Origin: Macrostomum lignano
Lineage: Eukaryota
Direction: 5' to 3'
Length of the DNA: 64,000 nt
NCBI GenBank assembly: GCA_002269645.1
Contig: NIVC01000478.1
Location: forward strand, 19,032-83,031
This document shows, one piece after another, positions 46,910 to 60,538 of this stretch (positions are counted from its first letter, which is position 1; each line of letters starts with the position of its first letter). The notes under the pieces were generated by a model. That model had not been told where the DNA came from and did not search any database. It was given only the letters and a program-made list of their open reading frames with translations. The translations under genes were made by a program, and so were the position numbers.

Positions 46910-49900
46910 TCACTCGCACCACTCCTTCAACCAATCAAATCGAATTCTCACCTTTCTTTTCGCTCCGCCTCCAGTTTTCCTCTTTTTCGGATCGATGGCG
47001 GTCATCTTGGGAAATTTGGTCTTGATGAAATCCGCGACCTTCGGAGCGCCCCAGTTCTGAGCCACTTCGTGAATCATTTGGCCTGTGAAAAAATGCATAA
47101 CGAAGAAAATTGGGATCAAAGTATTATAAAACTAATTTCTCTTTATCTGAATCTCCGTCAACGCCAAATTATACAATTCGATGTATGTGACGCAACTTGG
47201 AAGCCTCGGGCATAACTTGAAAGCTTCTGACACAACTTGAAAGCCTTTGAACAACTTGAAGCTTCTGACACAAATTGGAAGCTTCTGACACAACCTCCAA
47301 GCTTCTGACACAAATTGGAAGCTTCTGACACAACCTCCAAGCTTCTGACACAAATTGGAAGCTTCTGACACAACTTGACAGCTTCTGACACAACTTGACA
47401 GCTTCTGACACAACTTGACAGCTTCTGACACAAATTGGAAGCTTCTGACACAACTTGACAGCTTCTGACACAACTTGACAGCTTCTGACACAACTTGACA
47501 GCTTCTGACACAGATTGGAAGCTTCTGACACAACCTCCAAGCTTCTGACTCAACTTGGATTTTTATGATACAACTTAAAAGTTTCTGACACAACTTAAAA
47601 GTTTCTGACACAACTTAAAAGTTTCTGACACAACTTGAAAGCTTCTGACACAACTTGGAAGCTTCTGACACAACTTGGATGCTGCTGAAACAACTTGGAA
47701 GCTTCTGATACAACTTGAAAGCTTCTGACACAACTTAAAAGCTTCTGACACAACTTTAAAGCTTCTGACACAACTTTAAAGCTTCTGACACAACTTGAAG
47801 CCTCGGACACAACTTGAAAGCTTCTGACACAACTTGGATTCTTAGGATAAAACTTAAAAGTTTCTGACGCAACTAACGCTTCTGACGCCTCTAAATTCTG
47901 ACACAAAAAACTCACCCATCTTATTCTCAACCGAAGCCTTGGCTCCGTACTTCAGCAGCAGGTCGACCAGCTGCAGATTAGCAGTTTCAATCGCTCTCAG
48001 CAGCGGTGTGGAGCCGTTCAACGCCACAGCCTCGGTTGGGGCGCCGCTCTTCAGCAGCAACTCCGCCATCTCCAGGTGGCCGGCGTGGCAGGCGTGGTGT
48101 AGCGGCGTCCATTTGAAGTTGTCGCGGGCGGCGACGTCTGCTCTGTTGGGGTATTTATGAGGTGGCTTGAAGGAAGGTAAGATGGGATGCAGAAGTTCCA
48201 CAAGGGATTTCTGTCTTGTCAAGGGCGTAGCCAGGATTGTTTTATTGAATTATCTTAGCTTTAGAATTCACTATACTATAAACTCTAGGCTCAATGTATA
48301 GATTCTAATAAAGGATCATTTTAGTAGACTCTAAGAGGATCAATCTATAGACTCTAGTAGATCAACCTATAGACTCTAGAGGATCAATCTATAGACTCTA
48401 GAGGATCAATCTATAGACTCTAGAGGATCAATCTATAGACTCTAAGAGGATCAGTTTATATATTCGAGAGGATCAATCTATAGACTCTAGTAGATCAACC
48501 TATAGACTCTAGAGGATCAATCTATAGACTCTAGAGGATCAATCTATAGACTCTAAGAGGATCAGTTTATATATTCGAGAGGATCAATCTATAGACTCTA
48601 GTGGACCAATCTATAGACTCTAGTAGATCAACCTATAGACCCTAGAGGATCAATCTATAGACTCTAGAGGATCAATCCATAGACTCTAGAGGATCAATCT
48701 ATAGACTCTAGAGGATCAATCCATAGACTCTAGAGGATCAATCTATAGACTCTAGAGGATCAATCTATAGACTCTAGAGGATCAATCCATAGACCCTAGA
48801 GGATCAATCTATAGACTCTAGAGGATCAATCCATAGACTCTAGAGGATCAATCTATAGACTCTAGAGGATCAATCCATAGACTCTAGAGGATCAATCCAT
48901 AGACTCTAGAGAATCATTCCTAAAAGATCCCTAGACAAGGATTGCAACAAAGAACTCACCCAGCCTCCAGCAGAAACTTGGCCACATCAATATTCCCATA
49001 GTGAGCAGCCACCATCAGGGGCGTCTTGCTCAACTTGTCAGCCACCTCCGTGCCGTAGCCTTTGCGCAAGGCCAGCCGTATCGATTCCACATCGCCATGT
49101 TTGGCGCAGTCGTTTAAATTGACGAAACTTTTGGCTAATCGAGTTGAATACCAGACAGAGTCGTCTTGCAGTTTTCTGCTTGCCTGCGGTCTGGACAGCT
49201 CAGCCTGCTTCTCCAGCTGGTAGAGTTCCGGCATTCGCTGCAGTTGCTGCTCTTCAAAGCGCTGCTGATGCTGCTGGGTGTCCGTCAGGCTGACCGCACG
49301 GGGCACGTACATCACTGGTGGGGCGCCGTACGCGGGTCTCATCACCTGATGTGTAGTAAAGTTGATACAAAGATCGACTTTGACTTGCTTTTTACTTGAA
49401 TTTTGGCGCCTGTACAGCTTTGATTTTGGCGTCTGTCTAGCTTTGATTTTGGCGCCTGTACAGCTTTGGTTTTGGCGTCTGTCTAGCTTTGATTTTGGCG
49501 CCTGTACAGCTTTGATTTTGGCGTCTGTCTAGCTTTGATTTTGGCGCCTGTACAGCTTTGGTTTTGGCGTCTGTCTAGCTTTGATTTTGGCGCCTGTACA
49601 GCTTTGGTTTTGGCGTCTGTCTAGCTTTGATTTTGGCGCCTGTACAGCTTTGGTTTTGGCGTCTGTCTAGCTTTGATTTTGGCGCCTGTACAGCTTTGGT
49701 TTTGGCGCCTGTCTAGCATTGATTTTGGCGCCTGTCTAGCTTTGATTTTGGCGCCTGTACAGCTTTGGTTTTGGCGTCTGTCTAGCTTTGATTTTGGCGC
49801 CTGTACAGCTTTGGTTTTGGCGTCTGTCTAGCTTTGATTTTGGCGCCTGTACAGCTTTGGTTTTGGCGTCTGTCTAGCTTTGATTTTGGCGCCTGTACAG

Positions 49901-52900
49901 CTTTGGTTTTGGCGTCTGTCTAGCTTTGATTTTGGCGCCTGTACAGCTTTGGTTTTGGCGTCTGTCTAGCTTTGATTTTGGCGCCTGTACAGCTTTGGTT
50001 TTGGCGTCTGTCTAGCTTTGATTTTGGCGCCTGTACAGCTTTGGTTTTGGCGCCTGTCTAGCATTGATTTTGGCGCCTGTCTAGCTTTGATTTTGGCGCC
50101 TGTCTAGCTTTGATTTTGGCGCCTGTCTAGCTTTGATTTTGGCGCCTGTCTAGCTTTGATTTTGGCGCCTGTCTAGCTTTGACTTTGGCACCTGTCTAGC
50201 TTTGGTTTTAGCGCCTGTCTAGCATTGGTTTTAGCGCCTGCCTAGCTTTGGTTTTAGCGCCTGTCTAGCTTTGGTTTTAGCGCCTGTCTAGCATTGATTT
50301 TGGCGCCTGTCTAGCTTTGGTTTTAGCGCCTGTCTAGCTTTGATTTTAGCGCCTGTCTAGCATTGATTTTGGCGCCTGTCTAGCTTTGGTTTTAGCGCCT
50401 GTCTAGCTTTGATTTTAGCGCCTGTCTAGCTTTGATTTTAGCGCCTGTCTAGCTTTGATTTTAGCGCCTGTCTAGCTTTGATTTTAGCGCCTGTCTAGCA
50501 TTGATTTTGGCGCCTGTCTAGCTTTGGTTTTAGCGCCTGTCTAGCATTGATTTTGGCGCCTGTCTAGCTTTGATTTTAGCGTCTGTCTAGCATTGATTTT
50601 GGCGCCTGTCTAGCTTTGGTTTTAGCGCCTGTCTAGCATTGATTTTGGCGCCTGTCTAGCTTTGATTTTAGCGTCTGTCCAGCATTGATTTTGGCGCCTG
50701 TCTAGCTTTGATTTTAGCGCCTGTCTAGCATTGATTTTGGCGCCTGTATAGCTTTGGTTTTGGCGCCTGTCTAGCTTTGATTTTAGCGCCTGTCTAGCTT
50801 TGATTTTAGCGCCTGTCTAGCTTTGGTTTTAGCGCCTGTCTAGCATTGATTTTAGCGCCTGTCTAGCTTTGGTTTTGGCGCCTGTCTAGCTTTGGTTTTG
50901 GCGCCTGTCTAGCTTTAACTTTAGCGTCTGTCTAGCTTTGGTTTTGGCGCCTGTCTAGCTTTGATTTTGGCGCCTGTATAGCTTTAACTTTAGCGTCTGT
51001 CTAGCTTCTCAAGATTATCCAAGGTCCATAAACGGCGCCAAGCTTCGCTCAACTCACCTGCTCGTCCGGAAGTACGCAGATCTCGAACGGATACTTCGCT
51101 TTCTTCTTTCGCGACCGCCGCCTTTGCCTTTCTTGGCTCGCTTCTTTTTCGGCTCGAAAGCCGCGGCCAAGTAGAGCTTGCCAATGTACTTTTTGCCCAG
51201 CAGGAAGTCTTTGTAATCGAACGAGCCGTTCTTGGTTTTGTCGTACAGCGGTCCGAGTTTTTTGTCGCAATCCGGAGTCCAAGGAGCGCCCATGATGCCA
51301 AGCACTTGGACGAAATCTTCGCGAGCCACCTGCCCAGTGGACTCGGGATCGAATTCGGTTACTAAGCGAGTTTTCAGCTCCTCGCCTCGCGCCAGAGTCC
51401 AGTCGTAGAGGGTCAGAGCCCACAGCTCGTTGTTCTTAGCGCGCGGTTTGCCGCTCATCCGTTCGGCACGGCGAACCTCCTTCGTGCACGCTTTGGAGAC
51501 CTTCGTGGGGCGTGGGGTGGGTGATCGAGTTTGGCTGTGCACCTGTAAGAGTGCTTTTGGCTGCTTATTGCTGTGGGAGAGTGGAGTGAGCGCACTATGC
51601 TTTGTGTTGAGATTATTCGTCTTGAAGTTTGCCTTCAAGGTGTGTGTTGAGCTGTCTCGAAGGACTATATCTCGAAGGGCTGTATCTTCAACGGCTGTGG
51701 CTTCAAGTGTCTGTGTCTTCAAGGGCTGTGGCTTCAAGTGTCTGTGTCTTCAAGGGCTGTGGCTTCAAGTGTCTGTGTCTTCAAGGGCTGTGGCTTCAAG
51801 TGTCTGTGTCTTCAAGGGCTGTGGCTTCAAGTGTCTGTGTCTTCAAGGGCTGTGGCTTCAAGTGTCTGTGTCTTCAAGGGCTGTGGCTTCAAGTGTCTGT
51901 GTCTTCAAGGGCTGTGGCTTCAAGTGTCTGTGTCTCCAAGGGCTGTGGCTTCAAGTGTCTGTGTCTCCAAGGGCTGTGGCTTCAAGTGTCTGTGTCTTCA
52001 AGTGTCTGTGTCTCTAAGAGCTGTGTCTTCAAGTGTCTGTGTCTTCAAGTGTCTGTGTCTTCAAGTGTCTGTGTCTCTAAGAGCTGTGTCTTCAAGTGTC
52101 TGTGTCTCTAAGAGCTGTGTCTTCAAGTGTCTGTGTCTCTAAGAGCTGTGTCTTCAAGTGTCTGTGTCTTCAAGGGCTGTGGCTTCAAGTGTCTGTGTCT
52201 TCAAGGGCTGTGGCTTCAAGTGTCTGTGTCTTCAAGGGCTGTGGCTTCAAGTGTCTGTGTCTTCAAGGGCTGTGGCTTCAAGTGTCTGTGTCTTCAAGGG
52301 CTGTGGCTTCAAGTGTCTGTGTCTCCAAGGGCTGTGGCTTCAAGTGTCTGTGTCTCCAAGGGCTGTGGCTTCAAGTGTCTGTGTCTTCAAGTGTCTGTGT
52401 CTCTAAGAGCTGTGTCTTCAAGTGTCTGTGTCTTCAAGTGTCTGTGTCTCTAAGAGCTGTGTCTTCAAGTGTCTGTGTCTTCAAGTGTCTGTGTCTTCAA
52501 GTGTCTGTGTCTCTAAGAGCTGTGTCTTCAAGTGTCTGTGTCTTCAAGTGTCTGTGTCTCTAAGAGCTGTGTCTTCAAGTGTCTGTGTCTTCAAGTGTCT
52601 GTGTCTCTAAGAGCTGTGTCTTCAAGTGTCTGTGTCTTCAAGTGTCTGTGTCTTCAAGTGTCTGTGTCTTCAAGTGTCTGTGTCTCTAAGAGCTGTGTCT
52701 TCAAGTGTCTGTGTCTTCAAGTGTCTGTGTCTCTAAGAGCTGTGTCTTCAAGTGTCTGTCTCTAAGGGCTGTGGTGTCTCCAAGGGCTGTGGTGTCTCCA
52801 AGGGCTGTGGTGTCTCTAAGGGCTGTGGTGTCTCCAATGGCTGTGGTGTCTCCAAGGGCTGTGGTGTCTCCAAGGGCTGTGGTGTCTCTAAGGGCTGTGG

Positions 52901-55900
52901 TGTCTCCAAGGGCTGTGGTGTCTCCAAGGGCTGTGGTGTCTCCAAGGGCTGTGGTGTCTCTAAGGGCTGTCTTTAAGTACTGAGTTTTCAAATGCCGCAT
53001 TCTCGAGCAATGCCTCACCTTGGCCTCCTTAGCCAGCAGTCTCAAGGTTTTCCCGTCAGCATTCTTGACCTTGGCGGCGCTGGTGCCTCTCTGGCCGAGG
53101 AATTTCACGCAGCCGGCGTGCCCGGCCGCCGTCGCCAGATGAATGGCGCCGTTCTGCTTGGCGTCGAGTCGATCAAAATCGGCGCCGAAAGCGGACAGTC
53201 GAAACAGGCAGCCGAGATGGCCGGCTCTGGCCGCGTGGTGCGCCGGGGTGCCGCCCTGCCGGTCCGCGCTGTTCGGGTCAGCGCCTCGGAGCAGCGCCGC
53301 CAGGACCACCTCGTCTGAGCCGCTGGCGCACGCCGCCATCAGGGCGGTGCGACGGGTGCCCACCTGTTTGGGTGTTTTTGAAGTGGGGAATCAGGTATTC
53401 TATAGCTATCATACACCTGATGATCCCACACCTGATGATCCCACACCTGATGATCCCACACCTGATGATCCCACACCTGATGATCCCACACCTGATGATC
53501 CCACACCTGATGATCCCACACCTGATGATCCCACACCTGATGATCCCACACATGATGATCCCAAGCCTGATGATTTTGCGCCCTATGATCCCACACCCTA
53601 TGATCCCACACCCTATGATCCCACACCCTATGATCCCAACCCTTTGATCTCACACCCTATGAACCCACAACTGATGATCTCACACCCTACATGATCTCAC
53701 ACCCTATGATCCCACACCTGGTGATCCCACACCATATGAACCCCATACCCCATGATCCCACACCGATGATCCCAACCCTTTGATCTCACACCCTATGAAC
53801 CCACAACTGATGATCTCACACCCTACATGATCTCACACCCTATGATCCCACACCTGGTGATCCCACACCATATGAACCCCATACCCCATGATCCCACACC
53901 GATGATCCCAACCCTTTGATCTCACACCCTATGAACCCACAACTGATGATCTCACACCCTACATGATCCCACGACCTATGATCCCACACCATATGAACCC
54001 ACACCCTATGATCCCACACCATATGACCCCACACCCTATGATCCCACACCCTATTATCCCACACGATTATGATCCCAACACTCTATGATCCCACACCCTG
54101 TGGTATCATGCCTAGCGATCCTGAACCACAAGACGCATCCCAGCCCCTGAGGCCAGACCTGAGCCACCTCCGCCATCGCTCCAGCCTCCAGTAGCCGCTT
54201 GCACGCCTCCGGATTGTCGGCGGCCACCTCGCAGGCGGCAAAGAAGGCCGTTCGACCGTCCTTAGCTGGCCAGTTGACGTCTGCGTCGTTCTCGAGTGCC
54301 AGGGCCAGGCACTTGGCGTGCTCTTCGCTGGGCTCCAAGCAGTAAAACAAAATGCCTGACGCGTTATGTACGAGAAGTCACGGTTGCATCGGAGCCATTG
54401 CATTCGCTTGTAATGAACAATTTATTATTTGTATTTGAAAGCTGAATTATGCTTAGGCGCCCACCAAGAGACAGGGGCGCCCATCAAGAGACAGGGTGCG
54501 CCCACCAAGAGACAGGGTGCGCCCACCAAGACAGGGGCGCCCACCAAGAGACAGGGGCGCCCACCAAGAGACAGGGGCGCCCACCAAGAGACAGGGGCGC
54601 CCACCAAGAGACAGGGGGCGCCCAACAAGAGACAGGGTGCGCCCACAAAGAGACAGGGTGCGCCCACCAAGAGACAGGGTGCGCCCACCAAGACAGGGGC
54701 GCCCACCAAGAGACAGGGGCGCCCACCAAGAGACAGGGGCGCCCACCAAGAGACAGAGGCGCCCACCAAGAGACAGGGGGCGCCCAACAAGAGACAGGGT
54801 GCGCCCACAAAGAGACAGGGTGCGCCCACCAAGAGACAGGGGCGCCCACCAAGAGACAGGGTGCGCCCACCAAGAGACAGGGGGCGCCCAACAGGAAACA
54901 GGGTGCGCCCACCAAGAGACAGGGGGCGCCCACCAAGAGACAGGGGCGCCCACCAAGAGACAGGGTGCGCCCAACAAGAGACAGGGTGCGCCCACCAAGA
55001 GACAGGGTGCGCCCACCAAGAGACAGGGGGCGCCCATCAAGAGACAGGGTGCGCCCACCAAGAGACAGGGTGTGCCCACCAAGAGACAGGGTGCGCCCGC
55101 CAAGAGACAGAGGGCGCCGACCAAGAGATATTGGCGCCGACCAAGAGATATTGGCGCCTCTTATAGGTATTTGGTCCCCTCTAATTGAAGTACAGTGTGT
55201 TCTTTAAAAACTGAATTTCCTGAAGCGTTCATAAATTTAGTAGTTCAAATACCATGTGGATGTGAGAATATAATAATCGTTACAGATGTCGAATTTTCAC
55301 CGGAAAATTGATGGTGATAATAGTGACAGTAGTAGTATAAGTGCGTGATTATTTAAAATCGCATTGTTTTTATTATTATAAAACATTTATTAAAATCAGA
55401 GAACTGATTGTTGATCATAAACTGGGAGGGTTAGAAATGATGCTGATTTTTTTACTTGTTTGGCACCAGCTTCCGAAGCTACGGCTGAAAAGGGGGGGTT
55501 AGGGATGATCGTCTCGTTGAGGTTTTGTTCCTCATCAGTGAGCACTGCTCAAAGGAGCGGCGACAGATGAAGGAGAGAAACTGGGAGATTGCGAAGCACC
55601 TCAAATCCCAAAAGCGCTGAACACATTTAATTTACAAAGGCAGTTAAAAATGTCCCCATAAAATTTGTGCATGACAATATTTAGGATTGTAAATAACTTT
55701 GTCAGGATGATAAACTGGGACAGAGGGGTAGAGGGAGGGAGTCGGAGAATGGGAGAGGAGAGACGTGAAGAGAAACGAGGAGAGGGAGAAGGGAGGGAGT
55801 GGAGAAGAAAAGAGGGGGAGAGAAGGAGGGAGGGGAGGAAAAGGGGAGAGAAGGAGAGGGAGAAGGGAGGAGAAGGGTCGAGAAGGAGAGGGAGAAGGGA

Positions 55901-57834
55901 GGAGAAGGGTCGAGAAGGAGAGGGAGAAGGGAGGAGAAGGAGAGAGAAGGAGAGGGAGAAGGGAGGAGAAGGGTCGAGAAGGAGAGGGAGAAGGGAGGAG
56001 AAGGGTCGAGAAGGAGAGGGAGAAGGGAGGAGAAGGAGAGAGAAGGAGAGGGAGAAGGGAGGAGAAGGAGAGAGAAGGAGAGGGAGAAGGGAGGAGAAGG
56101 AGAGAGAAGGAGAGGGAGAAGGGAGGAGAAGGAGAGAGAAGGAGAGGGAGAAGGGAGGAGAAGGAGAGAGAAGGAGAGGGAGAAGGGAGGAGAAGGAGAG
56201 AGAAGGAGAGGGAGAAGGGAGGAGAAGGAGAGAGAAGGAGAGGGAGAAGGGAGGAGAAGGAGAGAGAAGGAGAGGGAGAAGGGAGGAGAAGGGGAAAGAA
56301 GGAGAGGGAGAAGGAAGGAGAATGGGAGAGAAGGAGAGGGAGAAGAGAGGAGAAGGGGAGAGAAGGAGAGAGAGAGATGGTGGAGAAGGGGAGAGAAGGA
56401 GAGAGAGAGAGATGGTGGAGAAAGTGGAGAGTGAAGGAGATGAAGAGAAGGGAAGAGAGAAGGGGAGAGAAAGAGAGTGAAGAAGAGGGAAGGGAGGAGA
56501 AGAGGAGGGAGAGAGCTGAGAGACCGGAGAGTGAAAGAGAGGGGAGGAGGGAGGGGAAGAGAATGGGAGAGGAGAGACAGGGGAGATAGGGGAGGCAGCA
56601 AGCAAGAGTGCTATTGGTATACTAGCATGTTTCTCGATCTCTTTCTGTCTCACTCACTTTTCCCTTCGTTGTCGCTGGCGCGCATGTTGGCGCCCGCCTC
56701 AATTAGAGCGGCCAGCGCGCCGTCCAGGCCTCGCTCGGCCGCCCGCATGGCCGGCGTCACCCCGGCGAGGTCGCCGAAATCCGGCAGGGCGCCCATCGAC
56801 TTGGTGAGGAACTGCGGGAGCAAATATCATTTTTTAAATCTAGAAAATTTATATGGGCAAACATTTTTTAATTTCACTTTAAATCAAATCACTTTCCCTC
56901 GCTCAAATGAAATGGCGCCACAACACACCCCAAATGAAATGGCGCCACAACACACCTCAAATAAAATAGCGCCACAACACACCCCAAATGAAATGGCGCC
57001 AAACCACACCTTAAATGAAATGGCGCCACAACACACCTCAAATGAAATGGCGCCACAACACATCTCAAATGAAATGGCGCCACAACACACCTCAAATCAA
57101 AAGGCGCCACAACACATCTCAAATGAAATGGCGCCACACCACACCTCAAATGAAATAGCGCCACAACACACATCAAATGAAATGGCGCCACACCACACCT
57201 CAAGTTAAATGGCGCCACACCTCAAATAAAATGGCGCCACAACACACCCCAAATGAAATGGCGCCACACCACACCTTAAATGAAATGGCGCCACAACACA
57301 TCTCAAATGAAATGGCGCCACACCACACCTCAAATGAAATGGCGCCACACCACACATTTATAAGTTAAATAGCGCCACACCTCAAATGAAATGGCGCCAC
57401 ACCTCAAATGAAATGGCGCCACAACACACCTCAAATAAAATGGCGCCAGACCTCAACTGAAAAGGCCCAGCCACCAAAAAGCATTACCAGCCTCAATGAA
57501 AAATCCTGGCTTACACCCGCTGGGATTGGGACACATGCGACACCAATTGACTTCTTACCATCAGCATGTGTCGCAACTAAGTATTCGCTTAAAATATACC
57601 CTATATTAGGAGTGTATTCATAGAGTTGCTAGGCCTCACCTTAATCATATCGATGTCATTCTCTTTAACCGCAATAATCAATGCAGTCTCGCCTTCGTAC
57701 GGCTCGCCATAATTAACCAAATATGGTATGCCGCACTGCACCAGCTTGTCAATCTGTGCTTTGCTGCGCTCCCGAACGCACTGGATCAGCTTGCACACCT
57801 GTAGCGAGCCAAGCCTGTCCTTAGCGACTGGCAT
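46910..57834 (-). CDS. ANKEF1: Ankyrin repeat and EF-hand domain-containing protein 1; exons 57834-57640, 56811-56658, 54355-54159, 53363-53019, 51542(or 51500)-51058, 49345-48960, 48142-47916, 47082-46910; 1-nt frameshift near 51110
   Basis: Colinear with ANKEF1: [22 protein letters not shown]|FL, DNEGK|[72 protein letters not shown]|[18 protein letters not shown]. All junctions are GT-AG and phase-compatible except exon 5, which is 1 nt short. The last exon may splice on to an acceptor near 46793 with an immediate stop. Confidence 0.92.
47190..47890. repeat. 20-bp minisatellite GCTTCTGACACAACTTGACA in ANKEF1 intron 7
   Basis: Tandem array with sequence variants. Confidence 0.95.
48330..48915. 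repeat. 22-bp minisatellite GGATCAATCTATAGACTCTAGA in ANKEF1 intron 6
   Basis: Tandem array. Confidence 0.95.
49385..51010. repeat. 23-bp minisatellite TTTTGGCGCCTGTCTAGCTTTGA (~70 copies, partly a 46-bp dimer) in ANKEF1 intron 5
   Basis: Tandem array. Confidence 0.97.
51650..52975. repeat. Compound 31-bp / 15-16-bp / 18-bp minisatellite (CAAGGGCTGTGG, TTCAAGTGTCTGTGTC) in ANKEF1 intron 4
   Basis: Tandem arrays. The many overlapping ORFs here are artefacts. Confidence 0.95.
53410..54100. repeat. 15-bp minisatellite TGATGATCCCACACC with higher-order duplication, in ANKEF1 intron 3
   Basis: Tandem array. The PDDPT ORF is its translation. Confidence 0.94.
54455..55160. repeat. 20-22-bp minisatellite CCCACCAAGAGACAGGGGCG in ANKEF1 intron 2
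   Basis: Tandem array. Confidence 0.95.
55740..56580. repeat. Polypurine tract with a 32-bp (GA-only) unit in ANKEF1 intron 2
   Basis: Almost purely G/A on the + strand. Confidence 0.95.
56900..57460. repeat. 27-bp minisatellite AAATGAAATGGCGCCACAACACACCTC in ANKEF1 intron 1
   Basis: Tandem array. Confidence 0.94.
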
Positions 57835-60538
57835 CTCTGATTAAATTAGATTATCTGCAATAAATATTTTATTAAGAGTAAATTATTAGAAATTATTTAC
57901 CTAGCTGGAGTATTTGTTTCGAAAAAAATATGTTTAATCAATCTTATTTTTGATGCTTAGTACACTTTATCAATTAAAGCCTTAAAAATTCCTGAAATTA
58001 ATTTAATATAACTTGAAAATACACTTGCACAAAAGCAAAAGTAGGAATAATATCTAAAAAATATGCTTAAATAATATTGATTGCTTCTAATTTAATTATT
58101 ATTGGACTGATTTACTGATCGCTTTCCTTATAAATTAGCTAACTTTTATCAAAATCCATAGCAGATGACAATTAGACACCAAGTAAAATCATATCAACTA
58201 ATACGAGTCTATTTGACTTTTTAAATCATCATTATTGTTCAACCAATGAATAAAAAACAACTAAGCTAATGACTTTAAACAAGCATTATTTTATGTGCAT
58301 ATTGGCAATTTTATATTTTTATATTTCAATACTTTACCTTTTAAGTGACAAAAATTATTATGCAATTTGCAAGAAAGAGAGTATTGAAGAGAAGCTCCTC
58401 CAAATAATAATATTGAGCTATACGTTTAAAAGCCTTACTACATTCGTGTCAAATAATCGCCAGACAAGCGTCATAGATACATACAATATTAAAACAATTA
58501 AAAAAATATAAACTGTATCAAACTATTATATTTTCAAACAAACTGCCAACTTATAAATTAATTTTAATACCATTTTATACTTAGCACTCACAGACAGACT
58601 TTCCGCCTCAGTGAAAATAAAAAGAGTCGTACGCTAGTGATCTGCAGAAAGCAAATGTATATTATAGATGCATAAGTGCCTCGAAGTTTGATTCCTCACG
58701 GACTGGTAACGACGTAAGGTAAATGTGCATGGAAAACTCAGGCTTTGAATCGGTAGTAATTCTTGTAGTCCATAGATTATGTAGCTCGTATTTCTCTGAC
58801 TTTGTTGACCCATTTAATCATTTATTTTCTCTTACACAAATAGTTTATTTGGTTTTCCGTTTTTAGTTCTTGGAATTTTTTTCTTTTGCCTTTGGTAAAG
58901 AAAACCTGCCAAAGGAGTGTTACGTAGTCGTATAGTACAAGTCAGTGGATAGTTTCATAAAGAACGTATTATTAATTGATATTGACAATAAATAATAAAA
59001 AGGACGTTTGGAGCGTTTTATTGCTTTGCTTTTGTCAACGATATTAAAAGACTAAATGTGCTTGTACAAGTATCAAGACATCTAAATTGTAATGTAACTT
59101 TTAAAGAGAAGAGTAATTGCATTCGCCTTTGCTTTGCTTGCTGCAATATTATTGTTGCTACAATGCACACTATTAAAGAAATTGCTCCATGTTGATCTTT
59201 TCATTTTTTGCGTGCAAATAAAATGTTAAGAGTTGTAGTGGAAAAGTGGGTGGAGCATTGTTTTTCAAGCGTTTTGCAGTTAATTCACTGTGTTTTTGAA
59301 CCTATATTCTATTTTTAGCAATAATTATTTACAAATAAAGCTTTTAAACGTCGTTGCTACCCAAACTTAGGTAAACTGTAACGTTACAACAAAAATGGTT
59401 ATTATATTTATTTATGTAACGCATTGTACCTATACTAATATATTACAAGTCTTTTTTTACATATAAACCGTTTAAAAATTTATTCCTAAACAAGATCAGC
59501 ACAGTAATTTATTAACAGCACTAATTCAACTTCACATCAGAAAATCCATTTTTAAAGGGCAGTGCGGGCGTAAGGGCGCTACCACTACAAGTCTACAACT
59601 TGCTTATATAGGCTCACACCCGGCCGCACACCGTAAGTGTCCCATTTTTCAGTTCGAATTCTAAGCTTATCTTTTGCGCTAGACTTAACATTTTTAATTA
59701 TGGCCTGTACCTGCGATTCGATTTTTAACACTTATGGTTATTGCTATTATAAATAATTTTTTAGTGTAAAAAACTTAAATAATAATAATTTTTAAATAAA
59801 GCATGCTCACGATGCTCTATATTTTATGAATATCAAATTTTGAACGACATGATGTGGTAATTTATGTGAACATTGTTGAGAAACTAAGGGTATATATATT
59901 TTAATTTCCTTGCTTTTTAAAAGCAACAAGTCTATTATATTTGTATGTTCCTATTATGGCATATTTAGGACAAAAAACTTATACCATGGGCTAAGACTTT
60001 GGGCTAAGACCTTACTATAGGACAATTCATTTTATCCTAATAATAAAACAAACTAATGGATTCAAATTTTTCTTGCAAGATAAGTTTTATTTTAGTTCAT
60101 TGTTATTAATTTTGTAAATCTAAATATTGTCTTGTAGGCCTACTAGTTCAAAATTCAAATCAATATATTTAACTAAGTAAAAATAGAAAGCAACAAAACA
60201 ACTGTTTTATTTTAATATAGCCTTTAATAACCCATTTTGAATTTAGGGGTTCAATTTAATCTAAAGAAAATTGAGCGCTTGATTTTTCATTTTATCCAAG
60301 TAAATTTGCAAATTAGTCATTGAACTATTTATAGCTGTTCATAGGTGGTGGCTGTCTATGGACTGAACATCACAGCACCCATAATAGAAGAATTCGATTT
60401 TATCTAATATACTAGCATTTGGTGTCGTTCAACGCTAAGTCTTTATTTTAAGGTCTAAAACAAAAAATGACTTCTTAAATAACATTGTGCTTCGTGTTTT
60501 TGTTGTAAAAACTGCTCCAGCAAGCTTTAAAACAAACA

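Noticed and set aside
58690-59400. RFX X-box motifs in the ANKEF1/FAM221B spacer
   Set aside because: Only half-sites (GTTGCTA, GGTAAC); no full palindromic X-box.
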